A program made the translations under genes and the position numbers. A stretch of DNA of 25,728 nucleotides from Candidatus Peregrinibacteria bacterium (GTDB taxonomy: Bacteria; Patescibacteriota; Gracilibacteria; UBA1369). Position 1 is the stretch's first letter. Every line of letters starts with the position of its first letter. The notes below the pieces were generated by a model. That model saw only the letters and a program-made list of their open reading frames with translations, ran no database searches and was not told the origin of the DNA. Below are positions 9,752 to 17,829 of this stretch, one piece after another. The stretch spans positions 1-25,728 of the forward strand of contig WJLA01000023.1 in the NCBI GenBank assembly GCA_014728765.1. Reading direction: 5' to 3'.

Positions 9752-10237
9752 ATGGATTTTGAAGGTGTAAAAGAAAAAACTTTGGTTTTAATCAAACCTG
9801 ATGCAATACAAAGAAGTTTAGTAGGAGAAATTATTACTCGATTTGAAAGAAAAGGGCTAAAATTGGTAGGATTAAAGATGATGACTTTAGATGAAGCGGT
9901 TTTGAGAGAGCATTATGCTCATATTTCTGATAAACCATTTTTTCCAGGTGTAAGCAAATTTATGCAGAAATCTCCAGTGGTGGCAATTTGTCTTGAAGGT
10001 TTGGAAGTTGTTAAAGCTGTTAGGTTGATTACTGGAATTACCAAGGCACGTGAAGCGGAGGCCGGTTCGATCAGAGGAGATTTTGCTATGAGTGTGGCTT
10101 GTAACGTTATTCATGCTTCTGACAGCGTTGAAACTGCTCAAAAAGAGGTTTCCAGATTCTTTAAAGCGGATGATCTTTACAATTATTCTAAGACAGAATA
10201 TGAAAACGTTTACATGGAAGATGAGTTGGAAAAATAA
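9752..10237 (+). CDS. ndk: Nucleoside diphosphate kinase
   Basis: TLVLIKPDAIQRSLVGEIITRFERKGLK, EHY, GSIRGDF and the catalytic His in HASDS. Confidence 0.96.
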   Translation: MDFEGVKEKTLVLIKPDAIQRSLVGEIITRFERKGLKLVGLKMMTLDEAVLREHYAHISDKPFFPGVSKFMQKSPVVAICLEGLEVVKAVRLITGITKAREAEAGSIRGDFAMSVACNVIHASDSVETAQKEVSRFFKADDLYNYSKTEYENVYMEDELEK

Positions 10238-10259
10238 AAATTTTTTTAATTAGATAAAG

Positions 10260-10289
10260 AGGTTATGCAGTTTGCATTAACCTTTTTTT
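10260..10289 (+). terminator. Intrinsic terminator after pyrD-ndk
   Basis: Stem AGGTTATGCA (10260-10269), loop GTT, TGCATTAACCT (10273-10283, one bulge), then a T run; 22 nt after the ndk stop. Confidence 0.65.
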
Positions 10290-10308
10290 GGGTTTTTAGA
10301 AATATATG

Positions 10309-10317
10309 TGGTATAAT
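10309..10317 (+). promoter_or_regulatory. Extended -10 promoter (TGGTATAAT) of the TolB-like gene
   Basis: Perfect TGnTATAAT ending 26 nt before the ATG at 10344, just after the terminator. Confidence 0.6.
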
Positions 10318-10343
10318 TAAAAGATATATTTTAATAATTTTAA

Positions 10344-12032
10344 ATGAAATTCACAAAAATAACTTTGCTTACCATATCTTTGTTGTCGGTAAATTTTTTG
10401 TTTACAGCAGAGGTTGGTTTTGCTCAACCGGCAAATTATAACAAAATAGTATTTACTTCGGATCAAGGAGGAGATAATGAAATTTATTCTATGAATAAAG
10501 ATGGTACAGAAAGAACACAATTGACTAATAATACTTATTATGACGCTCTTTTGGATGTTAGTCCGGATGGTACTAAAATTTTATTTACAAATAGTTCTTT
10601 GGGTAATTACGAAATATTTCAAATGGATATTGATGGGAGTAATGTAGTTAATTTGACTAATAATTCTGCAAATGATTGGAATTTTAATACTGCGGTTTAT
10701 AGTCCTGATGGTTCGAAAGTCTATTTTGTCACTGACAGAACCGGAAATGATGAAATTTTCAGTATGAACTCCGATGGAACCAATCCGGTTAATTTAACTA
10801 ATAATTCTGCTGATGATACAAGAATAGCATTGAGTCCTGATGGTTCTGAAATTTTCTTTATAACTCGTAGAGTAAGTTTTTCTAATCCTGAGGTATTTAA
10901 GATGAATTCGGATGGTAGCAATCCGGTTAACATTTCCAATGATACTTTAATAAACGGTGATCCGGCACTGAGTAACGATGGAACAAAAGTAGTATTTAAT
11001 TCGAGAACGGGCACAAATACAGATATATTTGTTGCCAACTCTTCTGACGGTTCAGGTAGATTGCAATTAACAAATAGACCAAACTTGTGCGATTTTGGGG
11101 GAGTCTTTGATCCTAATGATAATAATATCATTTTTACAAGATGTGAAAGTGGAGGTGCTTTTGATGTTTATAGTATTGGAGTGGATGGTTCCAACTTGAC
11201 ACCATTGGCAGACGGCTCAGGAAATCAACAATTGGCTAAGTTCTCACCAGACAATGCGTATATCTATTATTCAGGACAGGTTTCCGGTGATGATCAAATA
11301 TTTAGGATGAATACTGATGGTACAAATAAAACAAATTTGTCCAATTCAAGTTATAATGATAGAGGTGCAAATTTTGGATTTGATTCTTCAATTGTAGCCG
11401 GGTGCTCCGGCACAGGAGCACCTGGAGAGGTTTGTTCTGAAGTTGAGGTTACATGTCCCAGCGTAACAACTGGTCCAATTGTATCTGTTACTCCTACTAT
11501 TAATTTTGAAACGGTTTCTTATGGAGCGGCTGTGCTCGATAATCCGATTGCCGCAGGACAAGCTTTTGTGATAAATGTTATTGACGATAGGGGATATAAT
11601 ATTAGTTCGGGAGAACAATGTGGTTCCGGATTTGATATTGTGGTACAAGCGACAAATGGACAATATTTCACTTCTGCCACAGGAAATAATGACAATGTTT
11701 TGGAAGTGGGTGGTGGTGTAGACAATGAAATAAGCTGGCAACCTGTATCTTGGTTGGATTCGGCTCTGAATGGTGGTTTGATAGAAGTAGTTGCCGGGGA
11801 TTCATTAACTGGCGTAGATTCAAGTAATATTACAGAACAGATGACTGCTACTGAATCATTTGTTTATGATTCAATTAGTAATACTTTCAATCTAATAACT
11901 TTGCTCTCAATTCAGGAATCATTTTCAGGAGAAATTTCGATAACTTTTGAAACAGACGATATAAATGTAGATGTGCCTGAAAATACACCTGTTGATGTTT
12001 ATTCCAAAGAAATCTTGATTACATATTCTTGA
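10344..12032 (+). CDS. Secreted TolB-like (PD40-repeat) beta-propeller protein with a C-terminal WxL-like domain
   Basis: Signal peptide, then seven ~44-aa repeats (KIVFTS, KILFTN, KVYFVT, EIFFIT, KVVFNS, NIIFTR, YIYYSG, with SPDG/MNxDGSN/NLTNN motifs), a Cys-containing linker and a ~190-aa beta-rich tail. Confidence 0.8.
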   Translation: MKFTKITLLTISLLSVNFLFTAEVGFAQPANYNKIVFTSDQGGDNEIYSMNKDGTERTQLTNNTYYDALLDVSPDGTKILFTNSSLGNYEIFQMDIDGSNVVNLTNNSANDWNFNTAVYSPDGSKVYFVTDRTGNDEIFSMNSDGTNPVNLTNNSADDTRIALSPDGSEIFFITRRVSFSNPEVFKMNSDGSNPVNISNDTLINGDPALSNDGTKVVFNSRTGTNTDIFVANSSDGSGRLQLTNRPNLCDFGGVFDPNDNNIIFTRCESGGAFDVYSIGVDGSNLTPLADGSGNQQLAKFSPDNAYIYYSGQVSGDDQIFRMNTDGTNKTNLSNSSYNDRGANFGFDSSIVAGCSGTGAPGEVCSEVEVTCPSVTTGPIVSVTPTINFETVSYGAAVLDNPIAAGQAFVINVIDDRGYNISSGEQCGSGFDIVVQATNGQYFTSATGNNDNVLEVGGGVDNEISWQPVSWLDSALNGGLIEVVAGDSLTGVDSSNITEQMTATESFVYDSISNTFNLITLLSIQESFSGEISITFETDDINVDVPENTPVDVYSKEILITYS

Positions 12033-12034
12033 AT

Positions 12035-12361
12035 TTAATTTTGATTTGGGTTTTTTGGCATCATAGGGTTTTCTTCCACTTCATTGAAGTTTCTTTTGAC
12101 TATGAAGTAGTAAATCAATGAAACGGGAAATCCTAACAGAACCATTAATATTATCCAAAGCGCTTTATTGTCTATTGGTTTTGTTGCGGCATGTATCAAC
12201 ATCCATAACCAAAAGATGAAGATAATGAAACCAATTATCAGAAAAGCTATCATTATGCCTATGCCTGCGCCCAGGAAAGGTGTTAGTTCTTCACATGGAA
12301 CAGATTGACCGTTTAGTGTGCAATTTGCCTGAGCATATGCTATTTGAACAACTGTATTCAT
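12035..12361 (-). CDS. Small membrane protein with a PLDc N-terminal-like two-TM hairpin
   Basis: IFWLWMLIHAATKPIDNKALWIILMVLLGFPVSLIYYFIVKR resembles the PLDc_N pattern (W..D....K..W......P..G.iiY). Confidence 0.65.
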   Translation of the reverse strand: MNTVVQIAYAQANCTLNGQSVPCEELTPFLGAGIGIMIAFLIIGFIIFIFWLWMLIHAATKPIDNKALWIILMVLLGFPVSLIYYFIVKRNFNEVEENPMMPKNPNQN

Positions 12362-12719
12362 TTTTTTGTTTAAGTTCTAAATTAATATAATTTAATTATT
12401 AGATTTTTTGAATAAATAGTTGAAATTTGTCTTAGTCTTACTTTTACATATTATGAAAATATTTTATCTTTAGTATATTGACATGATTGAAATTGTGTTT
12501 TTTTAAGTATTGTTGATTTTTTTGATTTTATGTTTTTCCGTATTAAGTTGTGAAATTTTATTTTTATGATGTTTATTACTGTTTACATATATTATGAATT
12601 TATTTTAATATGAGCGTGGCCTTACTCTTATGTTTTGTGAAATTATAATATTTTTTTCTTAAAATAACTTAAAACGTAAAATTCAAACATGCTTAATAAT
12701 TTGGTATTTGTTATTAAAA

Positions 12720-12748
12720 AAGCACTTAATTAATGACATTAAGTGCTT
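12720..12748 (-). terminator. Probable intrinsic terminator for the 12835-13236 gene
   Basis: Perfect 11-bp inverted repeat AAGCACTTAAT-N7-ATTAAGTGCTT, followed on the minus strand by a T run (plus-strand A run ending at 12721); about 90 nt downstream of the stop. Confidence 0.55.
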
Positions 12749-12834
12749 AACATAGATTTCTGTTAGGTGACTTGTAAATTTTGATAAATGTTATTTAACA
12801 GTGAATTGACAAATTGAATAAATAACTTATCCAG

Positions 12835-13236
12835 CTATTTGACTTTTTCCTCTTTGCCATTTAAATATAATCTCATTTCCGGTTGAATTTGTATTCTTAC
12901 AGGACCGCTTTCAAGGTCCAAACTAAGGTCAACCGGATTGGGTGGAAGCTTGAGGAGGGTCTTTGACAAATCTTCATTTCTTTGAGCAATTTCTTCTTCT
13001 TTTTTTAATTTCATTTCTTTCAATTGAATATAACTTTCTTCTTGAAGTAATTCTTGTTCCCATTCTTCTTTAAATGCTTTTATTTGTTTACGTAGGTCTT
13101 TATAAGCTTTTTCAAGGTCTTGATATTCTTCATTATCAATTTTTTCTTCATCTTTGATGTCTTTTTTTATACCTCTAAGTTCTTGTTTTAGTTTTGCAAT
13201 TTCTTGAATTAGTTGTCTTATTTTGTCTTCGATCAT
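12835..13236 (-). CDS. Hypothetical coiled-coil protein
   Basis: E/K/L-rich heptad pattern over ~100 aa, then a short beta-type tail (GPVRIQIQPEMRLYLNGKEEK). Confidence 0.75.
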   Translation of the reverse strand: MIEDKIRQLIQEIAKLKQELRGIKKDIKDEEKIDNEEYQDLEKAYKDLRKQIKAFKEEWEQELLQEESYIQLKEMKLKKEEEIAQRNEDLSKTLLKLPPNPVDLSLDLESGPVRIQIQPEMRLYLNGKEEKVK

Positions 13237-13267
13237 ATAATTGGGTTAGAAATAATACCCGCTAATT

Positions 13268-13834
13268 TTGTCACAGATGGAAATGATTGGCAAATTCAGG
13301 ACTTTTGGAGGTAAGATCATTATTCCACATGAATATGCCTATTATTTTTTTAAAAAACTGAAAAAAGCAGGAAAAACTATAGATCAAGAAACATTGGAGG
13401 AAAGTATTTTTAATTTGGAAAAGACTTTTGAAGAAGAGAAGGATTATTTAATTGAAGTTTTCTTGGATTCGGGGGGTGACGTTTTTATTGATAAAAAACA
13501 GTTGTTTAAGCCGAACTCGGATCAATTGAAAGCGGGAGAAAAGCTAAATGATTTGAATCAAAAATGTGTTTTTTGGTTTAAAAGAGATGGTTATCTATAT
13601 TATGTGGAGGATAATTTGACTGACTTGTTGGCGATTTATATTCTGCGAATATTGCAAGAAAAAATTGCAATTTGTCCTATCGATAGTGAAAAAGCTATAG
13701 AAATGTTAGAAAATGCAGAGGAGGCGTTTTATGTGGATTCTGAAAAAGGAATTATTTCTTTGTTCGAAGTGAATGGGGTTGCAATGGGAAATTCAAGATT
13801 TTACGCTAACTATTTAAGAAATTATCTTGAATAG
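13268..13834 (+). CDS. Hypothetical protein; TTG start called, ATG at 13277 or 13283 is plausible
   Basis: A 188-aa ORF immediately upstream of, and co-oriented with, the transketolase N-subunit; no family recognised. Confidence 0.7.
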   Translation: MSQMEMIGKFRTFGGKIIIPHEYAYYFFKKLKKAGKTIDQETLEESIFNLEKTFEEEKDYLIEVFLDSGGDVFIDKKQLFKPNSDQLKAGEKLNDLNQKCVFWFKRDGYLYYVEDNLTDLLAIYILRILQEKIAICPIDSEKAIEMLENAEEAFYVDSEKGIISLFEVNGVAMGNSRFYANYLRNYLE

Positions 13835-13862
13835 TTTTCGGAAAATAATTTAAGATCATTCT

Positions 13863-14744
13863 ATGAATTATCAGGAATATTTGACGGCTCTTCGTAGAAA
13901 AGCCACTGAGATAAGAATTAACACTTTAAAAGCTATTAGTAATGCGGGTTCCGGTCACACCGGAAGTTCTCTTTCAGCTGTGGATATATTGGTTGCTTTA
14001 TATTATGGAGAAAATCATGAAGGTCCTTTTATGAATATTGATCCGGTTAAACCGGGCTGGGAGGATCAAGATTATTTTGTCTTGTCTAAAGGTCAAGCTG
14101 CTCCTGTTTTATATTCCATTTTGGTTGATTTGGGTTATTTTGATGCGGATGAATTGAATTTTTATAAGCAGATGAACAGTTTGCTTTCAGTATCACCCAG
14201 GTCAAGAATTCCGGGTGTAGCTGTTAGTTCAGGTGCTCCGGGGCAAGGTTTATCTTCTGCTGTGGGATTAGCATTGGCACTTAGGATGGATAGAGCCAGA
14301 AATAAGGTGTTCACGTTGATTGGAGATGCTGAATTTGCTACGGGCGATGTTTGGGAAAGTTTGCTTTATGCAGGACATAACAAGTTGGGAAATATGGTAG
14401 TGATAGTTGATAGAAATACAATTCAATTGGATGGAATAGTGAGAAATCTTAATATTGCTGATCCAATAGCTGAAAAATTTGATGCTATCGGATTCAGGAC
14501 AATTAATGTGTTTGCAGGTCATGACTATGATCAGTTATTGGATGCATTCGAAAAGGCTATTAGTGAAACAAGATTGCCTGTGGCGATAGTTTGCAAGACT
14601 GTAAAAGGTAAAGGAGTTGATTTTGCTGAAAATAAAGGCTTTTATCATGATACTCCTTTGTCGGAGCAGGAATTGGAAGAGGCAATACGAAGTTTGACTC
14701 GATATCAAGAAAGTTTGAGTAATATAGCGGGACATTATGAGTAA
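13863..14744 (+). CDS. Transketolase N-terminal (ThDP-binding) subunit homolog, active site degenerate
   Basis: GSGHTGSSLSAVDIL, DYFVLSKGQAAP, GQGLSSAVGLALA, GDAE, DRNTIQLDG, GHD and KTVKGKGV align with two-subunit transketolase N-halves; several catalytic residues are substituted (see findings). Confidence 0.88.
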   Translation: MNYQEYLTALRRKATEIRINTLKAISNAGSGHTGSSLSAVDILVALYYGENHEGPFMNIDPVKPGWEDQDYFVLSKGQAAPVLYSILVDLGYFDADELNFYKQMNSLLSVSPRSRIPGVAVSSGAPGQGLSSAVGLALALRMDRARNKVFTLIGDAEFATGDVWESLLYAGHNKLGNMVVIVDRNTIQLDGIVRNLNIADPIAEKFDAIGFRTINVFAGHDYDQLLDAFEKAISETRLPVAIVCKTVKGKGVDFAENKGFYHDTPLSEQELEEAIRSLTRYQESLSNIAGHYE

Positions 14745-15189
14745 TTTTTATTTAATCTGGATGTTAGTCGGTTTGATGATCAATGTGACGCCGTATATGG
14801 TTGAAGGTGACTCGATGTATCCCAATTTGGAAACGGGAGATGTTTTTTTGATAGATCAAAGATTGGGTGAAATTGAAAGAGGGGATGTGATTGTTTTTAG
14901 TTATGATGATGAATACTATTACGTAAAAAGAGTGATAGGTTTACCGGGGGAAACGGTTAAAATTGAGGATGAACAGGTTTTCATCAGAAATGAAGAAGGA
15001 CGTTATGAAAGCTTGAATGAGCCGTATTTGGCTCAAGCGTTTGATTATGGAGATGAAAGATTTTTCAAAGTTCCGGAAGGTGAATATTTCGTGATGGGTG
15101 ATAATAGAGATTCAAGTAGAGATTCAAGATATTTTACTGATCCTTATATTGGTAGTAATTTAATTAGCGGAAAATATATTTGGCCTTAA
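14737..15189 (+). CDS. lepB: Signal peptidase I (short, P-type)
   Basis: Catalytic Ser in GDSMYP, Lys in YVKRVIGLPGE, RGDVIVF and YFVMGDNRDSSRDSR. Confidence 0.9.
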   Translation: MSNFYLIWMLVGLMINVTPYMVEGDSMYPNLETGDVFLIDQRLGEIERGDVIVFSYDDEYYYVKRVIGLPGETVKIEDEQVFIRNEEGRYESLNEPYLAQAFDYGDERFFKVPEGEYFVMGDNRDSSRDSRYFTDPYIGSNLISGKYIWP

Positions 15190-15198
15190 TTTATTGAA

Positions 15199-15720
15199 AT
15201 GTTAAAAATAATATTAATCAGTGGAATTTGTATTTTATTTTCAGCTTGTAATATGTCGTCTGCGCCTGAATCAGAACAAATAAGAATTGAGAATGAAAGA
15301 GCTAATGACAATTTGTCGCAGTCTAATGTAATGGTTTTGCCAAAAAAGCGGTTATTGATTTTAGATCATCAGGAAAATTCTATTGAATTCAATGTGGAAG
15401 TGGCGGAAACGCCCTTAGAGAGGCAGCAAGGCTTAATGTTTAGAGAAAAATTGCCGGCAGATGAAGGTATGTTGTTCATTTTTCAAAGTTCAGGAGAGGT
15501 GAATTTTTGGATGAAAAACACGTTGATTCCACTTGATATAATTTATATTAATTCAGCTAAAGAAATCGTTCATATTGCCAAAAACGCAATTCCTTGTGAA
15601 GAAGAGCCCTGTCCGCTTTATTCTTCGAATGGAGACACACAGTTTGTTTTGGAAATCAATGCAGGTTTGTCAGATCAGCTGGGTATAGAAATTGGAGATC
15701 GAGTCGAGTGGCTTGAATGA
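15199..15720 (+). CDS. DUF192 family lipoprotein
   Basis: Lipobox FSAC, EVAETPLERQQGLMFR, GMLFIF, FWMKNTLIPLDII and FVLEINAG. Confidence 0.88.
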   Translation: MLKIILISGICILFSACNMSSAPESEQIRIENERANDNLSQSNVMVLPKKRLLILDHQENSIEFNVEVAETPLERQQGLMFREKLPADEGMLFIFQSSGEVNFWMKNTLIPLDIIYINSAKEIVHIAKNAIPCEEEPCPLYSSNGDTQFVLEINAGLSDQLGIEIGDRVEWLE

Positions 15721-16656
15721 TTAGTTTTCCAGCCAGGCGTTTTTGACTTGTTCATAAATTCCTTTAGGAGTTAATTGATGTTTTTCAAGCACTTCTTGAT
15801 ATTTACCTGAAACAAGAGTTTCAGTTGTACCTATTTTTAGAATTTTGCGTGGTTTGTTTTGATTATAAATATTGATAATCTGATCTCCCAAACCGCCCAT
15901 GATAGTATGTTCTTCAATTGTAACAATTAAAGGAAAATCCGCTGTCATTTCCAATATTTTTGTTTTGTTTAAAGGTTTAATTGAAGAAACATTGATGATT
16001 TGGACACTGGTTCCTCTTTTTTCCAGCTCAGAAGCTGCTTCCATGGCATTGTGTAAAGCTGAGCCATAGGTCAAAAAACATATTTCTTCACCGGATTTGA
16101 TTATATCGGGTTTAGTAAAATCAAATTGGTGATTGTATTCATAGATGTTGGTGACGGTGTTTTTTGCCAAACGAAGATAAAATACTCCGAATTCATTGAT
16201 CATTTTGTCCATCATGGCTTTCATTTCAATTGCATCCGCCGGACTATAAACAGTAATTTCCGGTAATGATGTCAGAAGGGCAATATCCTCTGTCATTTCA
16301 TTGTGAACACCATTTTGACTGTTGCTTAATCCACTGTTTGATCCAATTAATTTGATGTTTAAATTGTTGTGACAGAGATTACTTTTGATAGTATGCCAAC
16401 CTTTACCAATTATGGAAGAGGCGTTACCGCAACAAATTGCAATTTTACCTCTACTGGTAATGCCTGCGGCTTGATTTAGCATGTTGGTTGAAGAAAGCGG
16501 AGAATGAATGAGTTTCTCCGGAAAACTTTTGGCAAATTTCAGGGTATTCAGATGATTAGAGAGGTCATTATCAAGCACAACCAGGTTTTTAACTCGATGA
16601 CCAAGTTTTTCCAAATATTCGCCAAACGTTTTTTGTAGATTCACTTTTTCGTCCAT
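15721..16656 (-). CDS. Transketolase C-terminal (pyrimidine-binding plus C-domain) subunit homolog, active site degenerate
   Basis: LVVLDNDLS, FAKSFPE, EDIALL, VYSPAD, YLRLAK, VQIINVSSIKPL and VTIEEHTIMGGLG align with transketolase C-halves; the GIAEQ and EDGxxHQ motifs are replaced. Confidence 0.85.
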   Translation of the reverse strand: MDEKVNLQKTFGEYLEKLGHRVKNLVVLDNDLSNHLNTLKFAKSFPEKLIHSPLSSTNMLNQAAGITSRGKIAICCGNASSIIGKGWHTIKSNLCHNNLNIKLIGSNSGLSNSQNGVHNEMTEDIALLTSLPEITVYSPADAIEMKAMMDKMINEFGVFYLRLAKNTVTNIYEYNHQFDFTKPDIIKSGEEICFLTYGSALHNAMEAASELEKRGTSVQIINVSSIKPLNKTKILEMTADFPLIVTIEEHTIMGGLGDQIINIYNQNKPRKILKIGTTETLVSGKYQEVLEKHQLTPKGIYEQVKNAWLEN

Positions 16657-16694
16657 TTATGTTAGAATAACATTGATAAAACTAAAATAAAATT

Positions 16695-17174
16695 ATGCGT
16701 ATATATATTGGTTCAGATCATGCAGGATTTCAATTGAAAAATGATATAAAAACATATTTGGAAGGAAAATATTCTTCAGATAATAGTTTTTCAATTCTTG
16801 ATTTGGGTGTTTTTACCACTGATTCTGCCGATTATCCTGATATTGCCAGAGAAGTTGGTGAAAAAGTCAGGGAGAATGAAAATGAAGATGGAGGATCTTT
16901 AGGTATTTTAATTTGTGGAAGTGGTGTCGGAATGAGTATTGCTGCCAATAAAATGAGTGGGATTAGAGCTGTATTGGCCAATAACGAAATTCAAGCCAGA
17001 CTTGCTAAAGCTCATAATAAAGCAAATGTGCTATGTTTAGGCGAAAGATTAACCGGGAAAGATTTGGCAATTGCCATTGTGGAATCTTTTTTGGAGGGTT
17101 CATTTGATGGAGCGGAAAGACATAAAAGAAGAGTTGATAAAATTAATGATATTCATAAACAATATGGTCCATGA
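16695..17174 (+). CDS. rpiB: Ribose-5-phosphate isomerase B
   Basis: GSDHAGF, DYPD, ILICGSGVGMSIAANK, HNKANVLCLGER and RHKRRV are intact. Confidence 0.95.
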   Translation: MRIYIGSDHAGFQLKNDIKTYLEGKYSSDNSFSILDLGVFTTDSADYPDIAREVGEKVRENENEDGGSLGILICGSGVGMSIAANKMSGIRAVLANNEIQARLAKAHNKANVLCLGERLTGKDLAIAIVESFLEGSFDGAERHKRRVDKINDIHKQYGP

Positions 17175-17803
17175 GAAAAATACAAGTAGCTCCTTCAATT
17201 TTGTCTGCTGATTTTGGTAAACTGTCTGAGGAAATAGCTTCAATTGAAGCATATGCTGATGCTTTGCATATTGATGTGATGGATGGGCATTTTGTTCCAA
17301 ATCTTTCTTTTGGTTATCCTGTTGCGAAATGGATAAAATCTGATTTGCCCAAAGAAGTTCATTTAATGGTCTATCATCCTGAAAATTATTATGATGTTTT
17401 TGCAAAAATGAATCCTGAAATTATTTTGATTCAAGTAGAAGCGGTACCACATTTGCATAGGCAAATTCAAAAAATAAAAGAGCTTGGAATAAAAGCGGGA
17501 GTAGTTTTGAATCCTGCAACTCCACTTTCGAGTATTGAATATGTTTTGGAAGATTTGGACAGAGTTTTGATTATGAGTGTTAATCCGGGATTTGGTGGTC
17601 AAAAGTTTATCTCAGGAGTTTTACAAAAGATTAAGAAGCTTAGAGAAATCGCTCCGGATTTGGATATTGAAGTGGATGGTGGCATAAATGAAGAAACTGC
17701 GGCTCTGTGCAAAGAAGCGGGCGCTAATATTTTTGTTGCCGGTTCATATATTTTCGGTAGTGAAAATAGAGCTAATGCTATTGCCAGTTTAAAAGGAGAG
17801 TAG
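17171..17803 (+). CDS. rpe: Ribulose-phosphate 3-epimerase
   Basis: APSILSADF, HIDVMDGHFVPN, VHLM, MSVNPGFGGQKF, EVDGG and FVAGS; ATGA overlap with rpiB. Confidence 0.96.
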   Translation: MRKIQVAPSILSADFGKLSEEIASIEAYADALHIDVMDGHFVPNLSFGYPVAKWIKSDLPKEVHLMVYHPENYYDVFAKMNPEIILIQVEAVPHLHRQIQKIKELGIKAGVVLNPATPLSSIEYVLEDLDRVLIMSVNPGFGGQKFISGVLQKIKKLREIAPDLDIEVDGGINEETAALCKEAGANIFVAGSYIFGSENRANAIASLKGE

Positions 17804-17829
17804 TATATTTCATTTCTTTAAAGTTTAAA

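Noticed and set aside
10081-10125. NDK ACN in place of the common GRN before the catalytic His
   Set aside because: The essential Lys, Tyr, both Arg (VRL, IRGDF), Asn and His are retained; this position is not catalytic.
10344-12032. True TolB of a Tol-Pal system
   Set aside because: It lacks the TolB N-terminal alpha/beta domain, has an unrelated C-terminal domain, and has no tolQRA or pal neighbours.
12362-12834. Replication origin
   Set aside because: No perfect TTATCCACA box was seen (only TTATCCAGC at about 12827), there is no dnaA or dnaN nearby, and no obvious skew change.
13863-16656. The transketolase-like pair as DXS or pyruvate dehydrogenase E1 alpha/beta
   Set aside because: SGH, LSKG, GHD and KTVKGKGV motifs, subunit lengths and the rpiB/rpe context fit two-subunit transketolase. 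DXS and E1 also require the Glu that is missing here.
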